Part shown: piece by piece, positions 46,304 through 55,674 of the stretch
How positions within the stretch are numbered: the first letter of the stretch is position 1
How the letters are laid out: each line of letters opens with the position of its first letter
DNA from: Candidatus Sericytochromatia bacterium
Lineage (GTDB): Bacteria; Cyanobacteriota; Sericytochromatia; S15B-MN24; JAQBPE01
NCBI GenBank assembly: GCA_035285125.1
Contig: JAYKHR010000048.1
Coordinates: 1 to 64,000, forward strand
Length of the DNA stretch: 64,000 nucleotides
Direction: 5' to 3'
The notes under the pieces: generated by a model
What the model was told of the DNA's origin: nothing
The model's database searches: none
The model's input: only the letters and a program-made list of their open reading frames with translations
Translations under genes and position numbers: made by a program

Positions 46304-48691
46304 TCAGGTCCGGGGGAGGCCCCCCTTGTCGCCCTGGACCTGCGGGGCCGGGCGAGCCGCCCCGGGCCAGGGCTCAGGCACCCGCAGGGCCTTGGGCCCG
46401 GTGGCCTGAACCATTGGCGTGTCCTGGGCCAGCGTGACGACCAGCCGCGTGTTGGCAGGGTCCTGGTACACCGCCGCCGCCGCAGGCTGCGAAAGCGAGA
46501 CGGCCAGCCGCACGGTGCTCGTGCCCTCCGGCTGGGTGACCAGGAGGTAGTTCAGCGCGGGGTGGGCGTTGGGCGTGAAGAACTGGATTCCACCGTCCCG
46601 GAGCGAGGCAGCCTCGAACACCACGTAGGCAAACGTCGGGGTCACCTGCTCGATGACGTAGCGGGGGACCTCCCCCCGGAAGGGGATGAAGAGGTTGCTG
46701 CCTGCCTGGTCGACCACGAGCGGCGCCAGGGCAGACCGGACCGGGGAGGCTTCTGCCACCGCCACCTTGGCAATCCTGGGCTGGGGAATCACGAGCAGTT
46801 GCTTGCGCTCCGGGTCAGCCGCGATGGAGACTTCGGACGGCTGGCTGAAGGCGAGTTCGAGCGCGAGAGGGCCACGATGGCTGCGGCGGCCGAGCTTCCA
46901 GCTGCCCCAGGCGCCGGTGCGCCGGGCGTCCGGCTGCAGGTGGCTCGGGCTGAGCACGTCGGCCTTGAGTTCGATGACCGCCCCCTGCTCGGAGCGACGG
47001 GCCCACCGGTAAAGCGGTGCCCGGCCCTCGTAGGGGATCGCGAGCCCGAACCGCTCGGCGTCATAGAAGGGACGCCGCACGCGGGACTCGGCCAGGCCAG
47101 AGACGGGCGAGCGGCGCGCAAGCCCCGCCCGAACCGCCAGCCGGTGGGCCGTCGGCTTGGCTTCGGCAGCCTTCGGGGCAGCCTCAACCATCTTCGGGGC
47201 GGCCTCAGGCGCCTTGTCGGATTCAGCGGCGGCAACGGCAACCGGTTGGGCCACCACTGCGGGGCCTGCGGCAGGCATCCTGGCGGCGACGGGCGCAGAG
47301 GCCCGGCGGGGGGTCGCTGCCACCGCCTCGCGCCGGGAGGAGGTGACAGGACCCTGGGCGAGCGCCGTCCCCACGGGCCGGACGGCCACGAGCACGGCGT
47401 CATCGGCGACCTTCACGTCGAGCCGCGAGGGCACGCCAACGGCGAAGGAGACGCGGGTGATGTCCCGGCCGGGGCGACGCGCCATCACCCAGCGCTGGAA
47501 CCGCTTGTCCTCGCGTTCGTGGTAGCGAACGCCGGAGAAAGCGGGCACCGCACCGGCCACGTCGATGTAAGACCACCGCTTGTTCAGGCGCACCGTCTCG
47601 ACGTTGCTGCGTGCGATTCGCCCCGACTGCACGGGAATCACGAGCACCTCGGCACCCGAACGGTAGGCCGGAAGGCCGAGTCGAGCAACATCGTTGCGCC
47701 GCGCGATGTGGACCTTTGGAGAACTCTTGCGGGCGGTGCGAGCCACCTTGATGGCCTTGCGTCCCTTGGCGGCGGCGGCCACGGTGGTGCGAGGGGCCGG
47801 GTCGGCAGCCGCCAGCAGCACCAGCGGCACCCACCCACGATGAGCCGGGCGGGCCACCGCCAGCTTCGTGGCGGCGGCGGCAGCGAAAGCGGGGTGAAGC
47901 GTCGGCCGCGTCACGGTCCGCGCAGCGGCGCGAGCCACCTTCGAGGCTGCAGGAGCCTTGGCCGCGGGGGGGACCCGACGCGTGGGCCCGTTGGCCGCGG
48001 TGCGGTGCTCCACAGCCGAGCCGTGAGCCGCGAGCGCCACGGGGGCCGCTGCGGCCTTGGCCACCCGGGCTGCCGCCTGCGTCGAAGCGGCCTTGGGCGC
48101 CTGGGTGACCGGGGCTGCGGCGTGGTCCGGTGCCAACCGCGCCACGGAGGGGCGCACGGGGAACCCGTCGGCCAAGGCCACGCGCGTTGGGAACCTCGGC
48201 TCGACGCCGCCAGGCTTGCCCGGGGTCTTCAGCGCGAACTTGGGCGCCGGGGCCAGTTGCGGCTGGCCGGCCACGTCGCTTGCAAAGGTGAAGACGAAAC
48301 CGCGCAGCGCGGCATCGTACCGGGCGACAGGCCGGACGTCGTCCGTAACAGTCATCCGGACGCGCACCCCCTTGAGCGTGGGCTCGGCCGTCATCGACCA
48401 GCCCGATAGACGGCTATGGCCGACCACGGCCCCTTGAGGCGCGGAGACGGCCAGGGTGCAGCCCGTGAGATCCGCCACGAACTGGCGAGCGGCCAGCTGC
48501 TGGATGTGGACCCTGGGAGCGGGGCCGCTCACGGGGACCACCAGCCGCTCGCGGTCGGGTTCCCAGGAGGCGACGCCGACGGCGACGACCACCGGCTCGG
48601 CGGCGTAGACCCCCTGTGGCTGGGAGGAGACCACAAGGGCGGCCGCGAGGCCGAGGGTGAAGACTGGACGCAACAGCGAGCGAACTTGCAT
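46304..48691 (-). CDS. Large secreted protein with about four AMIN-like beta domains and Ala/Pro/Lys-rich linkers
   Basis: Signal peptide; repeated LVVPVSG / LVIPVQSG / LAIPYEG / LFIPFRG units; no catalytic motif seen. Confidence 0.65.
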   Translation of the reverse strand: MQVRSLLRPVFTLGLAAALVVSSQPQGVYAAEPVVVAVGVASWEPDRERLVVPVSGPAPRVHIQQLAARQFVADLTGCTLAVSAPQGAVVGHSRLSGWSMTAEPTLKGVRVRMTVTDDVRPVARYDAALRGFVFTFASDVAGQPQLAPAPKFALKTPGKPGGVEPRFPTRVALADGFPVRPSVARLAPDHAAAPVTQAPKAASTQAAARVAKAAAAPVALAAHGSAVEHRTAANGPTRRVPPAAKAPAASKVARAAARTVTRPTLHPAFAAAAATKLAVARPAHRGWVPLVLLAAADPAPRTTVAAAAKGRKAIKVARTARKSSPKVHIARRNDVARLGLPAYRSGAEVLVIPVQSGRIARSNVETVRLNKRWSYIDVAGAVPAFSGVRYHEREDKRFQRWVMARRPGRDITRVSFAVGVPSRLDVKVADDAVLVAVRPVGTALAQGPVTSSRREAVAATPRRASAPVAARMPAAGPAVVAQPVAVAAAESDKAPEAAPKMVEAAPKAAEAKPTAHRLAVRAGLARRSPVSGLAESRVRRPFYDAERFGLAIPYEGRAPLYRWARRSEQGAVIELKADVLSPSHLQPDARRTGAWGSWKLGRRSHRGPLALELAFSQPSEVSIAADPERKQLLVIPQPRIAKVAVAEASPVRSALAPLVVDQAGSNLFIPFRGEVPRYVIEQVTPTFAYVVFEAASLRDGGIQFFTPNAHPALNYLLVTQPEGTSTVRLAVSLSQPAAAAVYQDPANTRLVVTLAQDTPMVQATGPKALRVPEPWPGAARPAPQVQGDKGGLPRT

Positions 48692-48966
48692 CGTTCTGGT
48701 TCTCTCCTGGACCGGGACACCAGGCTGGATAAACTTTGAGATCGGCCAGGTTGGGAGGACCCTGCCGTTGCGCGCCTTCACCGACTATGATGGAGACGCC
48801 GGACACATGGATATGCCTGATCCGGCGTCATCATGGCGAGTTGCCTCGCCGACTGGATGTGAGCGACGCACCATGGCGCCGTTTCGAGCCCAGTCTGGAG
48901 ACGTGGTGCGCCGCGTGGTGCTTGAGCTGTGATGGTTCCAACTTTTTTGAGGGAGCGTGGCGACAA

Positions 48967-50892
48967 ATGGTCCTGACGGTGCAAGGCGTGCGAGAAGTTG
49001 AGAAGCGAGATGGCCGGATCGTGGCCTTCGACCGCACCAAAATCGTCGCAGCCATCATGAAGGCCGCCCAGTCGGTGCAAGGGAGTGACTACAGGCTCGC
49101 AGAGGAACTCGCGGACCAGGTCGCGGCAGCCCTGGCCGCCGCCGTCGGCCCGACGGAGGCGGTGCCGTCCGTCGAGCAGGTTCAAGACGTCATCGAGAAG
49201 ACGCTGATTGAAAACGGCCATGCCAGAACGGCCAAGGCGTTCATTATATATAGGGCACGCCGGAGCCGAATCCGCGAGGCGAAATCCGAGTTGATGGAGG
49301 CCGTGGGAGAGCTCCTCTCGTCCGGTACGCCCGACGGTAGCCGCGCAGCCAAGCACCACGCCATCGGCGAGGCTGCCTGCCGAGAGTTTTACCTGCACCG
49401 GGTGCTGCACGAAGAAGCCGCCGAGGCACACACGCGCGGCGACTGGCACATCCACGGGCTCACCCATTACGATCAGACCCCGCACAGCGCGGTGATCCCT
49501 CTGCGCACCCATCTGGAGCAGGGCTTCAGCTGCGGCCACGGCTTCCTGCGGCCGGCTCGGAAGGTGAGCTCGCTGGCGGCCATGACCTCGACGGTGCTGT
49601 CTGCCTATCAGGCAGAGGTCCACGGTGGCACAGCCGTGACGGGCTTCGACTCGGCCTGGGCGCACGTGCTGCCCGCGGCAACCTCCTCCGAGGCGATCGG
49701 CGACGCCGTCGAGGCCTTGCTGTTCAACCTCAACACCGGGGCTGCGGGCGCCCCCCGCGCGTCGTTGCACGTCGGTTGTGACCTGGGCCACCAGGCGCGA
49801 GGCGTCACGGCCGCCCTGCTCCAGGCCGTGGAGGCCGGGATCGGCCGGGGCGAGGTCACGCTTCGCCCCCATGTGGTGTTCGTGCTCCGGCCAGGCATCA
49901 ACGTGCGCCCCGGCGACCCGAATTTCGACCTCACGCTGCTGGCATTGCGGGTGGCGGCATCGACCCCGGCCGTCTCGTTCCTTCACGACCAACCCGGCGC
50001 GTGCCTCGTTGGCCACTCAGCGCGCCTGATCCAGGCCACGCCCGACCCTGATGGCCTCGGGTTGCTCGCCCGCCTTTCGCTCAACATGCCCCGGCTCGCG
50101 CTCAAGGCCCGGCGCGAAGGTTTTGAAACCAGCGCCGTCCTCGCGCGCGTGGTCGAGGAAGCGGTCTGCGAGCTCGCCCGCCGGCGGGACGCATTGTTGC
50201 GCCGCCCCGCGCGGGAGTTTCCCTTCGTGACGGGCCTGTGCCGGCCGGGCTCAGTCGCCCCGTTCCAGGGGGATCTGGCCGAGCGCCTGGGCACCCCTGT
50301 CGTCGCCATCAACGCCGTGGGTTTCCTGGAAATGCTGATGGTGCTGAGCGGTCAGTCGCCCGAATTCTCTCCGTCTGCACAGGCAGAGGGCTTCAACCTC
50401 TTGAAGCAGGCAATCCAGCGTGGTGCAGAGGTTTCCGCCATCCACGACCTATCCCTGGTATGGCAGGCCAGCGCCGCACCAGGAGCCGCAGAGCGCTTCG
50501 CTCGGCTTGACAGGCGCGAGTACGGGATCATTCGCGGCGTGACCGACCGGGCGGCCTACCAGACGGGCCTCGCGTTGCCGGAGGGCGGCGAGGGAGAGGG
50601 TCCCGAGCACGAGGCGATGTTGAGGACCTGTGCCGAGTTGCTCTCCGCCGGGGTGCTCCAAGGCACCGCGCCCGCCTGCCCCGCGGGGGAGGATGCCGCA
50701 CTGGCCTGGCTCCACGAGGGCCTGCGCGGCCCGTTGCCCGTGCTGGGCGGCCGCTCCCCGCTGGCCGGCTGTGCCTCCTGCGGCACCCTCTGGCGCGAGC
50801 CGCGCGAAGCACCTTGCACCCACTGCGGGGCTGGGGCTGAGGCCCAGCGATCAGAGGCGGCACCCCACGAAGACCTGGAAGGAGAGGCCTGA
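48967..50892 (+). CDS. ATP-cone-containing NrdD (class III RNR) homologue lacking catalytic residues
   Basis: VEKRDGRIVAFD ATP-cone; AHTRGDWHIH, GDPNFDL, LNMPRLAL, LDRREYGII and CxxC..CxxC present. No GCR and no RxxGY. Confidence 0.85.
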   Translation: MVLTVQGVREVEKRDGRIVAFDRTKIVAAIMKAAQSVQGSDYRLAEELADQVAAALAAAVGPTEAVPSVEQVQDVIEKTLIENGHARTAKAFIIYRARRSRIREAKSELMEAVGELLSSGTPDGSRAAKHHAIGEAACREFYLHRVLHEEAAEAHTRGDWHIHGLTHYDQTPHSAVIPLRTHLEQGFSCGHGFLRPARKVSSLAAMTSTVLSAYQAEVHGGTAVTGFDSAWAHVLPAATSSEAIGDAVEALLFNLNTGAAGAPRASLHVGCDLGHQARGVTAALLQAVEAGIGRGEVTLRPHVVFVLRPGINVRPGDPNFDLTLLALRVAASTPAVSFLHDQPGACLVGHSARLIQATPDPDGLGLLARLSLNMPRLALKARREGFETSAVLARVVEEAVCELARRRDALLRRPAREFPFVTGLCRPGSVAPFQGDLAERLGTPVVAINAVGFLEMLMVLSGQSPEFSPSAQAEGFNLLKQAIQRGAEVSAIHDLSLVWQASAAPGAAERFARLDRREYGIIRGVTDRAAYQTGLALPEGGEGEGPEHEAMLRTCAELLSAGVLQGTAPACPAGEDAALAWLHEGLRGPLPVLGGRSPLAGCASCGTLWREPREAPCTHCGAGAEAQRSEAAPHEDLEGEA

Positions 50893-50896
50893 GGGC

Positions 50897-51733
50897 TCAG
50901 GCCTCCCGGATTGCCTCGTCGGCGGCACCGGCTTGCCGGCGCCGCCCCGCCAGCCCTGCGCCGAGCCCACCCGGGTCCTGCCGCAGGCCCGACCCCGAGG
51001 CACCGGCCCGGCCAGCAGCCGGCGCCACCACCCGGACGGTGCCTGGCGCCAGGTTGTGCGACTGAAGAATGGCCTGGATCTGGCCGACCTGGGACTCCAG
51101 GGACTGGCGGGCCTGAAGGGTCAGCGCCGTGAGCTGAACCCCCACAACGCCCTCCGTGTACGAAACCTGGAGGTGCACCGGGCCGAGCGCGGGCGGGGAC
51201 AGGTGGAAGTCCAGCTGCGTGAGCGGTTGCTGGCGCTCGACCGTCCAGCGGACCTGGCCAAGCACCGCCCGGGGAAGGTCTGGCACGGAGATCGGTTCCG
51301 GCTCACCCTCGAGCGGCGGGAAAGCCACCTGGGGCAGGGGGAGCAGCAGCGGCGCCACCAGCCCCACGTCGTCGGCGGGTTCGGGCTCACGAGGCCGGGC
51401 CTCGGTCGGTGGCTCCCAGCCCCGCAGCAGGGCTCCGAGGCCCCGGGGGGCCAGGCTGGCGTCAGGTTCTTCCCACGCGGGCGACGCCGTCCCGTCGCCG
51501 TTGGACAGCACCTCGAGCCAGGCAAATGACAGGGCCGCGGCAGACGGCGGGGGCGTGCCCCGACCTGCCGGGCCAGCTCCCTGGCGCACCAGTTGCTGCG
51601 CTAGGGCGTGATCGAAGGCCTCTTCGCGCGAGGTGGGGCGGTCCCGCCCGGGCGTCGCCTCAGCGGCTGCCGGGGCCGGGGTCGGCACGGGCCGGTCGAG
51701 CGCCACCGGGAGCTGGAAGCTGGGCAGGTTCAT
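50897..51733 (-). CDS. fliK: Flagellar hook-length control protein FliK
   Basis: Disordered N-terminus; LDFHLSPPALGPVHLQV...ARQSLESQVGQIQAIL; coupled to fliJ. Confidence 0.85.
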   Translation of the reverse strand: MNLPSFQLPVALDRPVPTPAPAAAEATPGRDRPTSREEAFDHALAQQLVRQGAGPAGRGTPPPSAAALSFAWLEVLSNGDGTASPAWEEPDASLAPRGLGALLRGWEPPTEARPREPEPADDVGLVAPLLLPLPQVAFPPLEGEPEPISVPDLPRAVLGQVRWTVERQQPLTQLDFHLSPPALGPVHLQVSYTEGVVGVQLTALTLQARQSLESQVGQIQAILQSHNLAPGTVRVVAPAAGRAGASGSGLRQDPGGLGAGLAGRRRQAGAADEAIREA

Positions 51734-52266
51734 CGGCGTCCCTCGCGCTCGCGCAGTTCTCGGAGCTGGCGGAGCTTCTCGAGCTTCTCGAGCCGCTCAG
51801 CCAGCTCAGCCTGCTCCTCGTCCAGCGCGAACCGACGCTTCATGAAGATTCCGCCGGCCATCTCGTCGATCCGCCGCGCCTCCCGACGCCGCTCCTCGGC
51901 CATCCACTCATCTCGCTTCATCTCCCGGTGCTTTTCCAGCTTGCGGCGTTCCTTGCGGACGGCCTGCTGGAGCTCCTGGATCTGCTTGAGCCCGGCCTCA
52001 GCCTCGTTCAAAGCCCGTTGCTGCTGGGACATTCGCTGCCCGAGGAACTGGATGTAATCGTTGGCTGCCGCGACGTCCGAGGCCGGGCCCGCCTGCATCT
52101 GGGTGGCGAGACCCTTCTGCGCCGAGGCGCGCCGGAACTCGATGTCGGCCAGCTTGGCAAGCTCGTGGTCACGGGCGGCCGCAGCGGCCATCACCTTGGC
52201 GTCGACCTCGCGCTCCTTGCGCTCGACCAGGTCGAGCACCCGCTGCAAGTTGTAGCGAAAGGGCAT
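51730..52266 (-). CDS. fliJ: Flagellar export protein FliJ
   Basis: MPFRYNLQRVLDL, long coiled coil, ERRKLEK and RREARRIDE. Confidence 0.8.
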   Translation of the reverse strand: MPFRYNLQRVLDLVERKEREVDAKVMAAAAARDHELAKLADIEFRRASAQKGLATQMQAGPASDVAAANDYIQFLGQRMSQQQRALNEAEAGLKQIQELQQAVRKERRKLEKHREMKRDEWMAEERRREARRIDEMAGGIFMKRRFALDEEQAELAERLEKLEKLRQLRELREREGRR

Positions 52267-52403
52267 CTGGGGCTCCAAGCCGGGCGGGGCCACTCCCTTC
52301 ATACCACCTGCCGGCGCCCCGTTACCGTGACACAGGCCTCGCCGGGGTGGACCGGCGCCAGCCATGGTTGGCAGCACGCGAGCTGGAGCGGTAAGATGCC
52401 CCA

Positions 52404-53000
52404 ATGCGGCGCCAGACCTCTGCCCCACTGCTACACGCCCTTGTCGTGGCCGGCCTCCTCGCTGGCACGCCCGGCGTTGCCGAGGCACGGAACCCTTCCC
52501 ACCCGCCCTTCCGCGAGGGCAAGGCGGACTTCCACGACAAGGAGCTTGCGCTCACCTACGGGTGGGGCGGCCCCGCTGCCATGGACTTCGCCGTCCTGCC
52601 GCCGCTGAGCCTGGGCGTGAGCGTCGATCACGTGACCCAGCCGCGCAGCTGGCAGTACCGCGGGGTGTTGCGACTCGTGGACGAGCAAGCGACCGGTGTG
52701 GGCATCGCCTTCACCGGCGCCGCCACGAGCATCCGGGAGCTGGTGGCGGGCCAACCCGACATCGAGCCGGCGTGGGGATGGCAGGCTGGCCTGCTCACGA
52801 CGCTGATGGTGGAAGGGGGCCTCATCATTCGGCTCGGGGTCCAGGCCTACGACACCAACACCGCGGTCACAGGTGGGCAGTCCGTGCTGATCACCCCGGA
52901 GCTCGCCTACCGCCTCGGCCTGTTGGAGGTGACGGTCATGCCCCGCTGGCCGCTGACCGAGCTCGGCCTCGAGTGGATGGGCGGTCGCCTTCGATTTTGA
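52404..53000 (+). CDS. Probable small outer-membrane beta-barrel protein
   Basis: Signal peptide (AEA), amphipathic beta-strands and a C-terminal GGRLRF. Confidence 0.55.
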   Translation: MRRQTSAPLLHALVVAGLLAGTPGVAEARNPSHPPFREGKADFHDKELALTYGWGGPAAMDFAVLPPLSLGVSVDHVTQPRSWQYRGVLRLVDEQATGVGIAFTGAATSIRELVAGQPDIEPAWGWQAGLLTTLMVEGGLIIRLGVQAYDTNTAVTGGQSVLITPELAYRLGLLEVTVMPRWPLTELGLEWMGGRLRF

Positions 53001-53022
53001 CCCCCCCGGCTGGCAGAACACG

Positions 53023-53787
53023 TCAGCGCTGAGGGGCCGGCCCAAGCCCTGGCAGGTCCACCACGCCCGCCAGCACCAGATCCGCGTGGGGCGCGAGCAG
53101 GTCCATCGTGCCCACACCTGACAGGACGCCGATCGTGGCACACGCGCGGGCCCGTCGCCCCATGCGCAGATCCACGTCCGTGTCACCCACCATGACGGCC
53201 CTGCCCGGCGGCACGCCCGCCTCCTCACACGCCAGCAGGAACATCGCGGGGTCGGGCTTGGAGGTCTCGACCCGATCGCCACCGACGACGCTGGCGAAGG
53301 CGTCCCGGAGGCCCATGTCGGCCAGGAAGGCCTCGGCGGAGGCCGTCCGATCAGTGGTGGCAAGGGCGAACCGCCACCCAGCAGCCCGGAGGGTGGTCAG
53401 GGCCCGTGCGGCGCCTGGCAGGGGGGCACCGCGCAAGACGGGGGCCGCCTCGCGCTCCGCCGAGGCAAAGCCCTCTGCCGCCAACTCGCGCGCCGTGGTC
53501 CACGGTAAACCCGCGTGGTGCAGCCATGTTGCCGCCATGAGACAGGCCTCGACCCGCGTGCCGGTGGCCAGCACGCCGGTGGGCCTCACCCTGCCCTGGG
53601 GGTCGACGCCCCACCCGGCCAGGAGGGGCTGTCCCCAGTCGTCGCGCCCGGCAAGCCGGGCTATCGCCTCGGCCCGCAGGCGCGAGAGGGTCACCCAGTA
53701 GGCGTGAAAATCGAGCAGCACCCCGTCCTTGTCGAACACGAGCAGGTCGGCGGAGAGGGGCCCTCCGCCCAGGACCACGTCAGGCAA
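53023..53787 (-). CDS. HAD-superfamily phosphatase
   Basis: FDKDGVL, ATTD, KPDP and VMVGDTDVD. Confidence 0.92.
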   Translation of the reverse strand: MPDVVLGGGPLSADLLVFDKDGVLLDFHAYWVTLSRLRAEAIARLAGRDDWGQPLLAGWGVDPQGRVRPTGVLATGTRVEACLMAATWLHHAGLPWTTARELAAEGFASAEREAAPVLRGAPLPGAARALTTLRAAGWRFALATTDRTASAEAFLADMGLRDAFASVVGGDRVETSKPDPAMFLLACEEAGVPPGRAVMVGDTDVDLRMGRRARACATIGVLSGVGTMDLLAPHADLVLAGVVDLPGLGPAPQR

Positions 53788-53791
53788 AGCG

Positions 53792-55573
53792 TCACTCCTC
53801 CGGCGGCCGGGCGCCGACGTCGCCGGCCTGCTGCGGGGGCAGGCTCGAGGGGACGTAGCGGGTCCGCTCGAGCCGGAACTGGTTGGCGCGCACGAGCACA
53901 GCCGCGTAACGCAGCCGGTGGCGAAGCTCCTTGCGCACGCCGGCCGGCAGCGGGACAGCCTCGGCGAGCGCCTCTAGGCTGGCAAGCCGAGCCAGCAGCG
54001 CCCCGTTCTGGCGATAAGGCGTCTCCCCGAGGGGAAGGTGCGTCATCACGGCCGCCAACTCGCGACGGAGCATGTCGGCGGAGGCGGCGGTCTCGAAGTC
54101 TGCGCGGGCATGCACCTGCCCCATGTACCAGGCCGCCTGCGCGAGGGTCTTGCGCGCCGCCCGCACCAGGTTGCGGTGCGGCAAGGTGGCGGGCTCCCGG
54201 AAGGGCCCGGCACGCAGGTCGTCCAGCTGGGCGAGGTCGAAGTGGCCGAGGGCGAACACCATGCCGCCGGGAACCTGCTCGGCCTGCAGTTGCTCCCACT
54301 GCTCGACGAGATTAGCGGGCGACTTGAACCGGTGGACCCCCAGAATCGGCACGATCATGTTGTCACGGGCATGCTGGTCGGTCTCCCAGCCAAGCCACCC
54401 TGAAAGTTCCTCGCGGCGCGCCGTGTAAAGCATCGGGGCGGGCCAATCGATCCAGGCGTTGTCGGCCCAGTGGCGCCAGTGCTGGAGCTTGCGCAGCCTG
54501 GCGTAGCCCTCTCCCCGAAACACGGCAGCCGCCAGCGGAAAGCGCGGATGCCGGGCCCGAAGTTGCTGGGAGAGCTCCTGAACCGTCCGGTGCACCTGCT
54601 GCTCGCGCCACAGCTGCCACTCGGTGTGCAGCGGGGTGCCGACCTGGATGGGGTCTGGCGGCAACACGCCGTGCCGCGCGCGATGCGCGAGCGCGAAGCG
54701 GGTCTTGCTGATGTCGTCCTCAGGGATCTCCTCGTCGTACCGGATGTAGTCGAGCAGCAACCCATCGACGTCGTAACGCTCGGTGAGCTCCCCCACCAGC
54801 GCATAGACGAACTCCCGCGCCTCCGGGTGGGCCGCGCTGAGGAATCGCGCCTCCTTGCCCTCGGCGCGCGCGGCCAGGGCCGGCAGGCGAGAGAGAACCG
54901 GGTTGCCGTGCCCGGGGGAGCGCACCCGGAGCGTCCAGATCCACGGGTGGACCTCCATGCCGTGGCGGTGAGCCTCCCGGATAAGCACCCGCAGCATGTC
55001 GGGCTGGCTGCGGAACTCGGGGTCCCGCTCGGCCAGGCGGCTGCTGTAGATGGTGTAGCCCCGGCGGTAGACCTCAGGCACCAGCATGTTGAAGTTGGCT
55101 CGCCCCAGCTGGGCGACGAGCCCCACCACCCCGGCCTCCGTGCGAGGCAGGCTGGAGGCATCGATGAGCATCCCGCGGACCTCCGTGCCTCGCGAGGGCA
55201 CAAGGCACATCGCGGCCTCCTGCAAGTAGCGTTCCCCGCGCCCCACCCACACGCGAGCCTCCTGCTGGCCCGGCTCGGTGGCGAGCAGCAAGCCCGCGGT
55301 GTCCAGGGACATCCGAGACAACGCCAGCGCGACCCCCGCCCGCTGCACCGGCACGTCCATGTAGCTGCTGCGCGCCTCGACGAGCCTGGCCTCGACGGCA
55401 GCGAGCCTGGCCCGCGCGACGCGGATGGCCTGCTGGAGGCCGTCGGTCCCCTCAGGCCCGGCAAGGGCCGGTGAGGCCCAGCTCATCATCGCCAGGGCCA
55501 GGGCCAGGCAGGCGCGCCCGATGCGGCCTGCACGACGCGGGGAGGGAATGGGCATCCCAGGCAAATGCGGCAT
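53792..55573 (-). CDS. Secreted GHL10 (DUF187/YddW-like) glycoside hydrolase
   Basis: EVRGM, GYTIYSS, EAHRHGMEVHPW, YDVDGLLLDYIRY and PMLY; signal peptide SPALA. Confidence 0.85.
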   Translation of the reverse strand: MPHLPGMPIPSPRRAGRIGRACLALALAMMSWASPALAGPEGTDGLQQAIRVARARLAAVEARLVEARSSYMDVPVQRAGVALALSRMSLDTAGLLLATEPGQQEARVWVGRGERYLQEAAMCLVPSRGTEVRGMLIDASSLPRTEAGVVGLVAQLGRANFNMLVPEVYRRGYTIYSSRLAERDPEFRSQPDMLRVLIREAHRHGMEVHPWIWTLRVRSPGHGNPVLSRLPALAARAEGKEARFLSAAHPEAREFVYALVGELTERYDVDGLLLDYIRYDEEIPEDDISKTRFALAHRARHGVLPPDPIQVGTPLHTEWQLWREQQVHRTVQELSQQLRARHPRFPLAAAVFRGEGYARLRKLQHWRHWADNAWIDWPAPMLYTARREELSGWLGWETDQHARDNMIVPILGVHRFKSPANLVEQWEQLQAEQVPGGMVFALGHFDLAQLDDLRAGPFREPATLPHRNLVRAARKTLAQAAWYMGQVHARADFETAASADMLRRELAAVMTHLPLGETPYRQNGALLARLASLEALAEAVPLPAGVRKELRHRLRYAAVLVRANQFRLERTRYVPSSLPPQQAGDVGARPPEE

Positions 55574-55631
55574 GGCGCCTGAATTGTAGCCTGTCGCCAG
55601 GTGCATCGCAAGCCAGGACGCGCCCCATGTG

Positions 55632-55660
55632 AAAGGGCCCCGGTCTTGCGACCGGGGCCC
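55632..55660 (-). terminator. Intrinsic terminator after the S8 protease gene
   Basis: Minus strand reads gggccccggtc-GCAA-gaccggggccc-ttt. Confidence 0.7.
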
Positions 55661-55674
55661 CCGGGGCCTTGGCC

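Noticed and set aside
48885..48910. agtctggagacgtg, resembling the 3' box of a cobalamin riboswitch upstream of an nrdD homologue
   Set aside because: The upstream GGGAA / GGTG-AA-TCC / GCCACTG core elements were not found, so it cannot be called.
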